From NCBI RefSeq assembly GCF_044704955.1, contig NW_027253893.1, positions 62,001 to 126,000 of the forward strand: a stretch of 64,000 bases of DNA, read 5' to 3'. Source of the stretch: Pristiophorus japonicus (taxonomy: Eukaryota). This document shows positions 48,501-63,500 of the stretch, piece after piece. The notes beneath the pieces are model-generated. The model was not told the DNA's origin, did not search any database, and was given only the letters and a program-made list of their open reading frames with translations. The first letter of the stretch is position 1; every line of letters begins with the position of its first letter. The translations under genes and the position numbers were made by a program.

Positions 48501-51500
48501 GATTAAATGGGTGATAATCCCAGGACAGTGTAGTGTGTGCACGGGCTGTGGGAGCTGATTAAATGGGTGGCAATCTCAGGACAGTGTAGTGTGTACAGGG
48601 GCTGTGGGAGGTGATTAAATGGGTGGTAATCCCAGGACAGTTTAGTGTGTACAGGGGCTGTGGGAGGTGATTAAATGGGTGGTAATCCCAGGACAGTGTA
48701 GTGTGTACAGGGGCTGTGGGAGGTGATTAAATGGGTGGTAATCCCAGGACAGTGTAGTGTGTACAGGGGCTGTGGGAGGTGATTAAATGGGTGGTAATCC
48801 CAGGACAGTGTACTGTGTACAGGGGCTGTGGGAGGTGATTAAATGGGTGGTAATCCCAGGACAGTGTACTGTGTACCGGGGCTGTGGGAGGTGATTAAAT
48901 GGGTGGCAATCTCAGGACAGTGTAGTGTGTACAGGGGCTGTGGGAGGTGATTAAATGGGTGGTAATCCCAGGACAGTGTAGTGTGTACACGAGCTGTGGG
49001 AGCTGATTAAATGGGTGGTAATCCCAGGACAGTGTACTGTGTACAGGGGCTGTGGGAGGTGAATAAATGGGTGGTAATCCCAGGACAGTGTAGTGTGTAC
49101 AGGGGCTGTGGGAGGTGATTAAATGGGTGATAATCCCAGGACAGTGTAGTGTGTGCACGGGCTGTGGGAGCTGATTAAATGGGTGGTAATCCCAGGACAG
49201 TGTACTGTGTACAGGAGCTGTGGGAGGTGATTAAATGGGTGGTAATCCCAGGACAGTGTAGTGTGTACAGGGGCTGTGGGAGGTGATTAAATGGGTGGTA
49301 ATCTCAGAACAGTGTAGTGTGTACAGGGGCTGTGGGAGGTGATTAAATGGGTGGTAATCCCAGGAGAGTGTCGTGTGTACACGGGCTGTGGGAGGTGATT
49401 AAATGGGTGGTAATCCCAGGACAGTGTAGTGTGTACAGGGGCTGTGGGAGGTGATTAAATGGGTGGTAATCTCAGAACAGTGTAGTGTGTACAGGGGCTG
49501 TGGGAGGTGATTAAATGGGTGGTAATCCCAGGAGAGTGTCGTGTGTACACGGGCTGTGGGAGGTGATTAAATGGGTGGTAATCCCAGGACAGTGTAGTGT
49601 GTACAGGGGCTGTGGGAGGTGATTAAATGGGTGATAATCCCAGGACAGTGTAGTGTGTACAGGGGCTGTGAGAGGTGATTAAATGGGTGGTAATCCCAGG
49701 ACAGTGTAGTGTGTACAGGGGCTGTGGGAGGTGATTAAATGAGTGGTAATCCCAGGACAGTGTAGTGTGTGCAGGGGCTGTGGGAGGTGATTAAATGGGT
49801 GGTAATCCCAGGACAGTGTAGTGTGTACAGGGGCTGTGGGAGGTGATTAAATGGGTGGTAATCCCAGGACAGTGTACTGTGTACACGGGCTGTGGGAGGT
49901 GATTAAATGGGTGGTAATCCCAGGACAGTGTACTTTGTACAGGGGCTTTGTGAGGTGATTAAATGGGTGGTAATCCCAGGACAGTGTTGTGTGTACAGAG
50001 GCTGTGGGAGATGATTAAATGGGTGGTAATCCCAGGACAGAGTAGTGTGTACAGGGGCTGTGGGAGGTGATTAAATGGGTGGTAATCCCAGGAGAGTGTA
50101 CTGTGTACATGGGCTGTGGGAGGTGATTAAATGGGTGGTAATCTCAGGACAGTGCAGTGTGTACAGGGGCTGTGGGAGGTGATTAAATTGGTGGTAATCC
50201 CAGGGTAGTGTAGTGTGTACAGGGGCTGTGGGAGGTGATTAAATGGGTGGTAATCCCAGGACAGTGTACTGTGTACAGGGGCTGTGGGAAGTGATTAAAT
50301 GCATGGTAATCCTAGGACAGTGTAGTGTGTACAGGGCCTGTGGGAGGTGATTAAATGGGTGGTAATCCCAGGACAGTGTACTGTGTACAGGGGCTGTGGG
50401 AGGTGATTAAATGGGTGGTAATCCCAGGACAGTGTTCTGTGTACAGGGCCTGTGGGATGTGATTAAATGGGAGGTAATCCCAGGACAGTGTAGTGTGTAC
50501 AGGGGTTGTGGGAGGTGATTAAATGAGTGGTAATCCCAGGGTAGTGTAGTGTGTATCGGGGCTGTGGGAGGTGATTAAATGGGTGGTAATCCCAGGACAG
50601 TGTAGTGTGTGCAGGTGCTGTGGGAGGTGATTAAATGGGTGGTAATCACAGGACAGTGTAGTGTGTGCAGGGGCTGTGGGAGGTGATTAAATGGGTGGTA
50701 ATCCCAGGACAGTGTAGTGTGTACAGGGGCTGTGGGAGGTGATTAAATGGGTGATAATCCCAGGACAGTGTAGTGTGTGCACGGGCTGTGGGAGCTGATT
50801 AAATGGGTGGTAATCCCAGAACAGTGTAGTGTGTACAGGGGCTGTGGGAGGTGATTAAATGGGTGGTAATCCCAGGACAGTGTAGTGTGTACAGGGGCTG
50901 TGGGAGGTGATTAAATGGGTGGTAATCCCAGGACAATGTAGTGTGTACACGGGCTGTGGGAGGTGATTAAATGGGTGGTAATCTCAGAACAGTGTAGTGT
51001 GTACAGGGGCTGTGGGAGGTGATTAAATGGGTGGTAATCCCAGGAGAGTGTCGTGTGTACACGGGCTGTGGGAGGTGATTAAATGGGTGGTAATCCCAGG
51101 ACAGTGTAGTGTGTACAGGGGCTGTGGGAGGTGATTAAATGGGTGATAATCCCAGGACAGTGTAGTGTGTACAGGGGCTGTGAGAGGTGATTAAATGGGT
51201 GGTAATCCCAGGACAGTGTAGTGTGTACAGGGGCTGTGGGAGGTGATTAAATGAGTGGTAATCCCAGGACAGTGTAGTGTGTGCAGGGGCTGTGGGAGGT
51301 GATTAAATGGGTGGTAATCCCTGGACAGTGTAGTGTGTACAGGGGCTGTGGGAGGTGATTAAATGGGTGGTAATCCCAGGACAGTGTAGTGTGTACAGGG
51401 GCTGTGGGAGGTGATTAAATGGGTGGTAATCCCAGGACAGTGTACTGTGTACACGGGCTGTGGGAGGTGATTAAATGGGTGGTAATCCCAGGACAGTGTA

Positions 51501-54500
51501 CTTTGTACAGGGGCTTTGTGAGGTGATTAAATGGGTGGTAATCCCAGGACAGTGTTGTGTGTACAGAGGCTGTGGGAGATGATTAAATGGGTGGTAATCC
51601 CAGGACAGAGTAGTGTGTACAGGGGCTGTGGGAGGTGATTAAATGGGTGGTAATCCCAGGAGAGTGTACTGTGTACATGGGCTGTGGGAGGTGATTAAAT
51701 GGGTGGTAATCTCAGGACAGTGCAGTGTGTACAGGGGCTGTGGGAGGTGATTAAATTGGTGGTAATCCCAGGGTAGTGTAGTGTGTACAGGGGCTGTGGG
51801 AGGTGATTAAATGGGTGGTAATCCCAGGACAGTGTACTGTGTACAGGGGCTGTGGGAAGTGATTAAATGCATGGTAATCCTAGGACAGTGTAGTGTGTAC
51901 AGGGCCTGTGGGAGGTGATTAAATGGGTGGTAATCCCAGGACAGTGTACTGTGTACAGGGGCTGTGGGAGGTGATTAAATGGGTGGTAATCCCAGGACAG
52001 TGTTCTGTGTACAGGGCCTGTGGGATGTGATTAAATGGGAGGTAATCCCAGGACAGTGTAGTGTGTACAGGGGCTGTGGGAGGTGATTAAATCGTTGGTA
52101 ATCCCAGGAAAGTGTACTGTGTACATGGGCTGTGGGAGGTGATTTAATGGGTGGTAATCTCAGGACAGTGCAGTGTGTACAGGGGTTGTGGGAGGTGATT
52201 AAATGAGTGGTAATCCCAGGGTAGTGTAGTGTGTATCGGGGCTGTGGGAGGTGATTAAATGGGTGGTAATCCCAGGACAGTGTAGTGTGTGCAGGTGCTG
52301 TGGGAGGTGATTAAATGGGTGGTAATCACAGGACAGTGTAGTGTGTGCAGGGGCTGTGGGAGGTGATTAAATGGGTGGTAATCCCAGGACAGTGTACTGT
52401 GTACAGGGGCTGTGGGAAGTGATTAAATGGATGGTAATCCTAGGACAGTGTAGTGTGTACAGGGCCTGTGGGAGGTGATTAAATGGGTGGTAATCCCAGG
52501 ACAGTGTACTGTGTACAGGGGCTGTGGGAGGTGATTAAATGGGTGGTAATCCCAGGACAGTGTTCTGTGTACAGGGCCTGTGGGATGTGATTAAATGGGA
52601 GGTAATCCCAGGACAGTGTAGTGTGTACAGGGGCTGTGGGAGGTGATTAAATCGTTGGTAATCCCAGGACAGTGTAGTGATCTCAGGGGCTGTGGGAGCT
52701 GATTAAATGGGTGGTAATCGCAGGACAGTGTACTGTCTACATGGACTGTGGGAGGTGATTAAATGGGTGGTAATCTCAGGATAGTGCAGTGTGTACAGGG
52801 GCTGTGGGAGGTGATTAAATGGGTGGTAATCCCAGGGTAGTGTAGTGTGTACAGGGGCTATGGGAGGTGATTAAATAGGTGGTAATCCCAGGAGAGTGTA
52901 CTGTGTACAGGGGCTGTGGGAGGTGATTAAATGCATGGTAATCCCAGGACAGTGTAGTGTGTACAGGGCCTGTGGGAGGTGATTAAATGGGTGGTAATCC
53001 CAGGACAGTGTACTGTGTACAGGGGCTGTGGGAGGTGATTAAATGGGTGGTAATCCCAGGACAGTATAGTGTGTACAGGGGCTGTGGGAGGTGATTAAAT
53101 GGGTGGTAATCCCAGGACAGTGTACTGTGTACATGGGCTTTGGGAGGTGATTAAATGGGTGGTAATCCCAGGACAGTGTAGTGTGTACACGGGCTGTGGG
53201 AGATGATTAAATGGGTGGTAATCCCAGGACAGTGTACTGTGTACAGGGGCTGTGGGAGGTGATTAAATGGGTGGTAAGTCCAGGACAGTGCAGTGTGTAC
53301 AGGGGCTGTGGGAGGTGATTAAATGGGTGGTAATCCCAGGACAGTTTAGTGTGTACAGGGGCTGTGGGAGGTGATTAAATGGGTGGTAATCCCAGGACAG
53401 TGTAGTGTGTACAGGGGCTGTGGGAGGTGATTAAATGGGTGGTAATCCCAGGACAGTGTAGTGTGTACAGGGGCTGTGGGAGGTGATTAAATGGGTGGTA
53501 ATCCCAGGACAGTGTACTGTGTACAGGGGCTGTGGGAGGTGATTAAATGGGTGGTAATCCCAGGACAGTGTACTGTGTACAGGGGCTGTGGGAGGTGATT
53601 AAATGGGTGGTAATCTCAGGACAGTGTAGTGTGTACAGGGGCTGTGGGAGGTGATTAAATGGGTGGTAATCCCAGGACAGTGTAGTGTGTACACGAGCTG
53701 TGGGAGCTGATTAAATGGGTGGTAATCCCAGGACAGTGTACTGTGTACAGGGGCTGTGGGAGGTGATTAAATGGGTGGTAATCCCAGAACAGTGTGGTGT
53801 GTACAGGGGCTGTGGGAGGTGATTAAATGGGTGGTAATCCCAGGACAGTGTAGTGTGTACAGGGGCTGTGGGAGGTGATTAAATGGGTGATAATCCCAGG
53901 ACAGTGTAGTGTGTACAGGGGCTGTGAGAGGTGATTAAATGGGTGGTAATCCCAGGACAGTGTAGTGTGTACAGGGGCTGTGGGAGGTGATTAAATGGGT
54001 GGTAATCCCAGGACAGTGTAGTGTGTGCAGGGGCTGTGGGAGGTGATTAAATGGGTGGTAATCCCAGGACAGTGTAGTGTGTACAGGGGCTGTGGGAGGT
54101 GATTAAATGGGTGGTAATCCCAGGACAGTGTACTGTGTACACGGGCTGTGGGAGGTGATTAAATGGGTGGTATTCCCAGGACAGTGTACTTTGTACAGGG
54201 GCTTTGTGAGGTGATTAAATGGGTGGTAATCCCAGGACAGTGTTGTGTGTACAGAGGCTGTGGGAGATGATTAAATGGGTGGTAATCCCAGGACAGAGTA
54301 GTGTGTACAGGGGCTGTGGGAGGTGATTAAATGGGTGGTAATCCCAGGACAGTGTACTGTGTACATGGGCTGTGGGAGGTGATTAAATGGGTGGTAATCT
54401 CAGGACAGTGCAGTGTGTACAGGGGCTGTGGGAGGTGATTAAATTGGTGGTAATCCCAGGGTAGTGTAGTGTGTACAGGGGCTGTGGGAGGTGATTAAAT

Positions 54501-57500
54501 GGGTGGTAATCCCAGGACAGTGTACTGTGTACAGGGGCTGTGGGAAGTGATTAAATGGATGGTAATCCTAGGACAGTGTAGTGTGTACAGGGCCTGTGGG
54601 AGGTGATTAAATGGGTGGTAATCCCAGGACAGTGTAGTGTGTACAGGGGCTGTGGGAGGTGATTAAATGGGTGGTAATCCCAGGACAGTGTTCTGTGTGC
54701 AGGGCCTGTGGGATGTGATTAAATGGGAGGTAATCCCAGGACAGTGTAGTGTGTACAGGGGCTGTGGGAGGTGATTAAATCGTTGGTAATCCCAGGACAG
54801 TGTACTGTGTACATGGGCTGTGGGAGGTGATTTAATGGGTGGTAATCTCAGGACAGTGCAGTGTGTACAGGGGTTGTGGGAGGTAATTAAATGAGTGGTA
54901 ATCCCAGGGTAGTGTAGTGTGTATAGGGGCTGTGGGAGGTGATTAAATGGGTGGTAATCCCAGGACAGTGTAGTGTGTGCAGGGGCTGTGGGAGGTGATT
55001 AAATGGGTGGTAATCACAGGACAGTGTAGTGTGTGCAGGGGCTGTGGGAGGTGATTAAATGGGTGGTAATCCCAGGACAGTGTAGTGTGTACAGGGGCTG
55101 TGGGAGGTGATTAAATGGGTGGTAATCCCAGGACAGTGTAATGTGTACAGGGGCTGTGGGAGGTGATTAAATGGGTGGTAATCCCAGGACAGTGTAGTGT
55201 GTACAGGGGCTGTGGGAGGTGATTAAATGGGTGGTAATCCCAGGACAGTGTAGTGTGTACAGGGGCTGTGGGAGGTGATTAAATGGGTGGTAATCCCAGG
55301 ACAGTGTTCTGTGTACAGGGCCTGTGGGATGTGATTAAATGGGAGGTAATCCCAGGACAGTGTAGTGTGTACAGGGGCTGTGGGAGGTGATTAAATCGTT
55401 GGTAATCCCAGGACAGTGTACTGTGTACATGGGCTGTGGGAGGTGATTTAATGGGTGGTAATCTCAGGACAGTGCAGTGTGTACAGGGGTTGTGGGAGGT
55501 GATTAAATGAGTGGTAATCCCAGGGTAGTGTATTGTGTATAGGGGCTGTGGGAGGTGATTAAATGGGTGGTAATCCCAGGACAGTGTAGTGTGTGCAGGG
55601 GCTGTGGGAGGTGATTAAATGGGTGGTAATCTCAGGACAGTGTAGTGTGTGCAGGGGCTGTGGGAGGTGATTAAATGGGTGGTAATCCCAGGACAGTGTT
55701 CTGTGTACAGGGCCTGTGGGATGTGACTAAATGGGAGGTAATCCCAGGACAGTGCAGTGTGTACAGGGGCTGTGGGAGGTGATTAAATCGTTGGTAATCC
55801 CAGGACAGTGTACTGTGTACATGGGCTGTGGGAGGTGATTTAATGGGTGGTAATCTCAGGACAGTGCAGTGTGTACAGGGGTTGTGGGAGGTGATTAAAT
55901 GAGTGGTAATCCCAGGGTAGTGTAGTGTGTATAGGGGCTGTGGGAGGTGATTAAATGGGTGGTAATCCCAGGACAGTGTAGTGTGTGCAGGGGCTGTGGG
56001 AGGTGATTAAATGGGTGGTAATCACAGGACAGTGTAGTGTGTGCAGGGGCTGTGGGAGGTGATTAAATGGGTGGTAATCCCAGGACAGTGTACTGTGTAC
56101 AGGGGCTGTGGGAAGTGATTAAATGGATGGTAATCCTAGGACAGTGTAGTGTGTACAGGGCCTGTGGGAGGTGATTAAATGGGTGGTAATCCCAGGACAG
56201 TGTTCTGTGTACAGGGCCTGTGGGATGTGATTAAATGGGAGGTAATCCCAGGACAGTGTAGTGTGTACAGGGGCTGTGGGAGGTGATTAAATCGTTGGTA
56301 ATCCCAGGACAGTGTAGTGATCTCAGGGGCTGTGGGAGCTGATTAAATGGGTGGTAATCGCAGGACAGTGTACTGTCTACATGGACTGTGGGAGGTGATT
56401 AAATGGGTGGTAATCTCAGGATAGTGCAGTGTGTACAGGGGCTGTGGGAGGTGATTAAATGGGTTGTAATCCCAGGGTAGTGTAGTGTGTACAGGGGCTA
56501 TGGGAGGTGATTAAATAGGTGGTAATCCCAGGAGAGTGTACTGTGTACAGGGGCTGTGGGAGGTGATTAAATGCATGGTAATCCCAGGACAGTGTAGTGT
56601 GTACAGGGCCTGTGGGAGGTGATTAAATGGGTGGTAATCCCAGGACAGTGTACTGTGTACAGGGGCTGTGGGAGGTGATTAAATGGGTGGTAATCCCAGG
56701 ACAGTATAGTGTGTACAGGGGCTGTGGGAGGTGATTAAATGGGTGGTAATCCCAGGACAGTGTACTGTGTACATGGGCTTTGTGTGGTGATTAAATGGGT
56801 GGTAATCCCAGGACAGTGTAGTGTGTACAGGGGCTGTGGGAGGTGATTAAATGGGTGGTAATCCCAGGACAGTGTACTGTGTACAGGGCCTGTGGGAGGT
56901 GATTAAATGGGAGGTAATCCCAGGACAGTGTAGTGTGTACAGGGGCTGTGGGAGGTGATTAAATGGGTGGTAATCCCAGGACAGTGTACTGTGTACAGGG
57001 GCTGTGGGAGGTGATTAAATGGGTGGTAATCCCAGGACAGTGCAGTGTGTACAGGGGCTGTGGGAGGTGATTAAATGGGTGGTAATCCCAGGACAGTTTA
57101 GTGTGTACAGGGGCTGTGGGAGGTGATTAAATGGGTGGTAATCCCAGGACAGTGTAGTGTGTACACGGGCTGTGGGAGGTGATTAAATGGGTGGTAATCC
57201 CAGGACAGTGTAGTGTGTACAGGGGCTGTGGGAGGTGATTAAATGGGTGGTAATCCCAGGACAGTGTACTGTGTACAGGGGCTGTGGGAGGTGATTAAAT
57301 GGGTGGTAATCCCAGGACAGTGTACTGTGTACAGGGGCTGTGGGAGGTGATTAAATGGGTGGTAATCTCTGGACAGTGTAGTGTGTACAGGGGCTGTGGG
57401 AGGTGATTAAATGGGTGGTAATCCCAGGACAGTGTAGTGTGTACACGAGCTGTGGGAGCTGATTAAATGGGTGGTAATCCCAGGACAGTGTACTGTGTAC

Positions 57501-60500
57501 AGGGGCTGTGGGAGGTGATTAAATGGGTGGTAATCCCAGGACAGTGTAGTGTGTACAGGGGCTGTGGGAGGTGATTAAATGGGTGATAATCCCAGGACAG
57601 TGTAGTGTGTGCACGGGCTGTGGGAGCTGATTAAATGGGTGGTAATCCCAGAACAGTGTAGTGTGTACAGGGGCTGTGGGAGGTGATTAAATGGATGGTA
57701 ATCCCAGGACAGTGTAGTGTGTACAGGGGCTGTGGGAGGTGATTAAATGGGTGGTAATCCCAGGACAATGTAGTGTGTACACGGGCTGTGGGAGCTGATT
57801 AAATGGGTGGTAATCCCAGGACAGTGTAGTGTGTACAGGGGCTGTGGGAGGTGATTAAATGGGTGGTAATCTCAGAACAGTGTAGTGTGTACAGGGGCTG
57901 TGGGAGGTGATTAAATGGGTGGTAATCCCAGGAGAGTGTCGTGTGTACACGGGCTGTGGGAGGTGATTAAATGGGTGGTAATCCCAGGACAGTGTAGTGT
58001 GTACAGGGGCTGTGGGAGGTGATTAAATGGGTGATAATCCCAGGACAGTGTAGTGTGTACAGGGGCTGTGAGAGGTGATTAAATGGGTGGTAATCCCAGG
58101 ACAGTGTAGTGTGTACAGGGGCTGTGGGAGGTGATTAAATGGGTGGTAATCCCAGGACAGTGTAGTGTGTGCAGGGGCTGTGGGAGGTGATTAAATGGGT
58201 GGTAATCCCAGGACAGTGTAGTGTGTACAGGGGCTGTGGGAGGTGATTAAATGGGTGGTAATCCCAGGACAGTGTACTGTGTACACGGGCTGTGGGAGGT
58301 GATTAAATGGGTGGTAATCCCAGGACAGTGTACTTTGTACAGGGGCTTTGTGAGGTGATTAAATGGGTGGTAATCCCAGGACAGTGTTGTGTGTACAGAG
58401 GCTGTGGGAGATGATTAAATGGGTGGTAATCCCAGGACAGAGTAGTGTGTACAGGGGCTGTGGGAGGTGATTAAATGGGTGGTAATCCCAGGACAGTGTA
58501 CTGTGTACATGGGCTGTGGGAGGTGATTAAATGGGTGGTAATCTCAGGACAGTGCAGTGTGTACAGGGGCTGTGGGAGGTGATTAAATTGGTGGTAATCC
58601 CAGGGTAGTGTAGTGTGTACAGGAGCTGTGGGAGGTGATTAAATGGGTGGTAATCCCAGGACAGTGTACTGTGTACAGGGGCTGTGGGAAGTGATTAAAT
58701 GCATGGTAATCCTAGGACAGTGTAGTGTGTACAGGGCCTGTGGGAGGTGATTAAATGGGTGGTAATCCCAGGACAGTGTACTGTGTACAGGGGCTGTGGG
58801 AGGTGATTAAATGGGTGGTAATCCCAGGACAGTGTTCTGTGTACAGGGCCTGTGGGATGTGATTAAATGGGAGGTAATCCCAGGACAGTGTAGTGTGTAC
58901 AGGGGCTGTGGGAGGTGATTAAATCGTTGGTAATCCCAGGACAGTGTACTGTGTACATGGGTTGTGGGAGGTGATTTTATGGGTGGTAATCTCAGGACAG
59001 TGCAGTGTGTACAGGGGTTGTGGGAGGTGATTAAATGAGTGGTAATCCCAGGGTAGTGTAGTGTGTATAGGGGCTGTGGGAGGTGATTAAATGGGTGGTA
59101 ATCCCAGGACAGTGTAGTGTGTGCAGGGGCTGTGGGAGGTGATTAAATGGGTGGTAATCACAGGACAGTGTAGTGTGTGCAGGGGCTGTGGGAGGTGATT
59201 AAATGGGTGGTAATCCCAGGACAGTGTAGTGTGTACAGGGGCTGTGGGAGGTGATTAAATGGGTGGTAATCCCAGGACAGTGTAATGTGTACAGGGGCTG
59301 TGGGAGGTGATTAAATGGGTGGAAATCCCAGGACAGTGTACTGTGTACAGGGGCTGTGGGAGGTGATTAAATGGGTGGTAATCCCAGGACAGCGTAGTGT
59401 GTACAGGGGCTGTGGGAGGTGATTAAATGGGTGGTAATCCCAGCACAGTGTTCTGTGTACAGGGCCTGTGGGATGTGATTAAATGGGAGGTAATCCCAGG
59501 ACAGTGTAGTGTGTACAGAGGCTGTGGGAGGTGATTAAATCGTTGGTAATCCCAGGACAGTGTACTGTGTACATGGGCTGTGGGAGGTGATTTAATGGGT
59601 GGTAATCTCAGGACAGTGCAGTGTGTACAGGGGTTGTGGGAGGTGATTAAATGAGTGGTAATCCCAGGGTAGTGTATTGTGTATAGGGGCTGTGGGAGGT
59701 GATTAAATGGGTGGTAATCCCAGGACAGTGTAGTGTGTGCAGGGGCTGTGGGAGGTGATTAAATGGGTGGTAATCACAGGACAGTGTAGTGTGTGCAGGG
59801 GCTGTGGGAGGTGATTAAATGGGTGGTAATCCCAGGACAGTGTAGTGTGTACAGGGGCTGTGGGAGGTGATTAAATGGGTGGTAATCCCAGGACAGTGTA
59901 ATGTGTACAGGGGCTGTGGGAGGTGATTAAATGGGTGGTAATCCCAGGACAGTGTAGTGTGTACAGGGGCTGTGGGAGGTGATTAAATGGGTGGTGATTC
60001 CAGGACAGTGTAGTGTGTACAGGGGCTGTGGGAGATGATTAAATGGGTGGTAATCCCAGGACAGTGTAGTGTGTACAGGGGCTGTGGGAGGTGATTAAAT
60101 GGGTGGTAATCCCAGGACAGTGTACTGTGTACAGGGGCTGTGGGAGGTGATTAAATGGGTGGTAATCCCAGGACAGTGTACTGTGTACAGGGGCTCTGGG
60201 AGGTGATTAAATGGGTGGTAATCCCAGGACAGTGTAGTGTGTACAGGGGCTGTGGGAGGTGATTAAATGGGTGGTAATCCCAGGACAGTGTAGTGTGTAC
60301 AGGGGATGTGGGAGGTGATTAAATGGGTGATAATCCCAGGACAGTGTAGTGTGTACAGGGGCTGTGGGAGGTGATTAAATGGGTGGTAATCCCAGGACAG
60401 TGTAGTGTGTACAGGGGCTGTGGGAGGTGATTAAATGGGTGGTTATCCCAGGACAGTGTAGTGTGTACAGGGGCTGTGGGAGGTGATTAAATGGGTGGTA

Positions 60501-63500
60501 ATCCCAGGACAGTGCAGTGTTTACAGGGGCTGTGGGAGGTGATTAAATGGGTGGTAATCCCAGGACAGTGTACTGTGTACAGGGGCTGTGGGAGGTGATT
60601 AAATGGGTGGTAATCCCAGGGTAGTTTATTGTGTACAGGGGCTGTGGGAGGTGTTTAAATGGGTGGTAATCCCAGGGTAGTGTAGTGTGTACAGGGGATG
60701 TGGGAGGTGATTAAATGGGTTGTAATCCCAGGACAGTGTAGTGTGTACAGGGGCTGTGGGAGGTGATTAAATGGGTGGTAATCCCAGGACAGTGTAGTGA
60801 TCTCAGGGGCTGTGGGTGGTGATTAAATGGGTGGTAATCCCAGGACAGTGTAGTGTGTACAGGGGCTGTGGGATGTGATTAAATGGGTGGTAATCCCAGG
60901 ACAGTGTAGTGTGTACATGGGCTGTGGGAGGTGATTAAATGGGTGGTAATCCCAGGGTAGTGTAATGTGTACACGGGCTGTGGGAGCTGATTAAATGGGT
61001 GGTAATCGCAGGACAGTGTACTATGTACATGGACTGTGGGAGGTGATTAAATGGGTGGTAATCTCAGGACAGTGCAGTGTGTACAGGGGTTGTGGGAGGT
61101 GATTAAATGGGTGGTAATCCCAGGGTAGTGTAGTGTGTACAGGGGCTGTGGGAGGTGATTAAATAGGTGGTAATCCCAGGACAGTGTACTGTGTACAGGG
61201 GCTGTGGGAGGTGATTAAATGCATGGTAATCCCAGGACAGTGTAGTGTGTACAGGGCCTGTGGGAGGTGATTAAATGGGTGGTAATCCCAGGACAGTGTA
61301 CTGTGTACAGGGGCTGTGGGAGGTGATTAAATGCATGGTAATCCCAGGACAGTGTAGTGTGTACAGGGCCTGTGGGAGGTGATTAAATGGGTGGTAATCC
61401 CAGGACAGTGTACTGTGTACAGGGGCTGTGGGAGGTGATTAAATGGGTGGTAATCCCAGGACAGTATAGTGTGTACAGGGGCTGTGGGAGGTGATTAAAT
61501 GGGTGGTAATCCCAGGACCGTGTACTGTGTACATGGGCTTTGGGAGGTGATTAAATGGGTGGTAATCCCAGGACAGTGTAGTGTGTACAGGGGCTGTGGG
61601 AGGTGATTAAATGGGTGGTAATCCCAGGACAGTGTACTGTGTACAGGGCCTGTGGGAGGTGATTAAATGGGAGGTAATCCCAGGACAGTGTAGTGTGTAC
61701 AGGGGCTGTGGGAGGTGATTAAATGGGTGGTAATCCCAGGACAGTGTAGTGTGTACAGGGGCTGTGTGAGGTGATTAAATGGGTGGTAATCCCAGGACAG
61801 TGCAGTGTGTACAGGGGCTGTGGGAGGTGATTAAATGGGTGGTAATCCCAGGACAGTTTAGTGTGTACAGGGGCTGTGGGAGGTGATTAAATGGGTGGTA
61901 ATCCCAGGACAGTGTAGTGTGTACAGGGGCTGTGGGAGGTGATTAAATGGGTGGTAATCCCAGGACAGTGTAGTGTGTACAGGGGCTGTGGGAGGTGATT
62001 AAATGGGTGGTAATCCCAGGACAGTGTACTGTGTACAGGGGCTGTGGGAGGTGATTAAATGGGTGGTAATCCCAGGACAGTGTACTGTGTACAGGGGCTG
62101 TGGGAGGTGATTAAATGGGTGGTAATCTCAGGACAGTGTAGTGTGTACAGGGGCTGTGGGAGGTGATTAAATGGGTGGTAATCCCAGGACAGTGTAGTGT
62201 GTACACGAGCTGTGGGAGCTGATTAAATGGGTGGTAATCCCAGGACAGTGTACTGTGTACAGGGGCTGTGGGAGGTGATTAAATGGGTGGTAATCCCAGG
62301 ACAGTGTAGTGTGTACAGGGGCTGTGGGAGGTGATTAAATGGGTGATAATCCCAGGACAGTGTAGTGTGTGCACGGGCTGTGGGAGCTGATTAAATGGGT
62401 GGTAATCCCAGAACAGTGTAGTGTGTACAGGGGCTGTGGGAGGTGATTAAATGGGTGGTAATCGCAGGACAGTGTAGTGTGTACAGGGGCTGTGGGAGGT
62501 GATTAAATGGGTGGTAATCCCAGGACAATGTAGTGTGTACACGGGCTGTGGGAGCTGATTAAATGGGTGGTAATCCCAGGACAGTGTAGTGTGTACAGGG
62601 GCTGTGGGAGGTGATTAAATGGGTGGTAATCTCAGAACAGTGTAGTGTGTACAGGGGCTGTGGGAGGTGATTAAATGGGTGGTAATCCCAGGAGAGTGTC
62701 GTGTGTACACGGGCTGTGGGAGGTGATTAAATGGGTGGTAATCCCAGGACAGTGTAGTGTGTACAGGGGCTGTGGGAGGTGATTAAATGGGTGATAATCC
62801 CAGGACAGTGTAGTGTGTACAGGGGCTGTGAGAGGTGATTAAATCGGTGGTAATCCCAGGACAGTGTAGTGTGTACAGGGGCTGTGGGAGGTGATTAAAT
62901 GGGTGGTAATCCCAGGACAGTGTAGTGTGTGCAGGGGCTGTGGGAGGTGATTAAATGGGTGGTAATCCCAGGACAGTGTAGTGTGTACAGGGGCTGTGGG
63001 AGGTGATTAAATGGGTGGTAATCCCAGGACAGTGTACTGTGTACACGGGCTGTGGGAGGTGATTAAATGGGTGGTAATCCCAGGACAGTGTACTTTGTAC
63101 AGGGGCTTTGTGAGGTGATTAAATGGGTGGTAATCCCAGGACAGTGTTGTGTGTACAGAGGCTGTGGGAGATGATTAAATGGGTGGTAATCCCAGGACAG
63201 AGTAGTGTGTACAGGGGCTGTGGGAGGTGATTAAATGGGTGGTAATCCCAGGACAGTGTACTGTGTACATGGGCTGTGGGAGGTGATTAAATGGGTGGTA
63301 ATCTCAGGACAGTGCAGTGTGTACAGGGGCTGTGGGAGGTGATTAAATTGGTGGTAATCCCAGGGTAGTGTAGTGTGTACAGGGGCTGTGGGAGGTGATT
63401 AAATGGGTGGTAATCCCAGGACAGTGTACTGTGTACAGGGGCTGTGGGAAGTGATTAAATGGATGGTAATCCTAGGACAGTGTAGTGTGTACAGGGGCTG

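Noticed and set aside
34784-49158. ORFs of 68-87 aa within the satellite
   Set aside because: Translations of the 56-bp repeat opened by chance loss of a stop.
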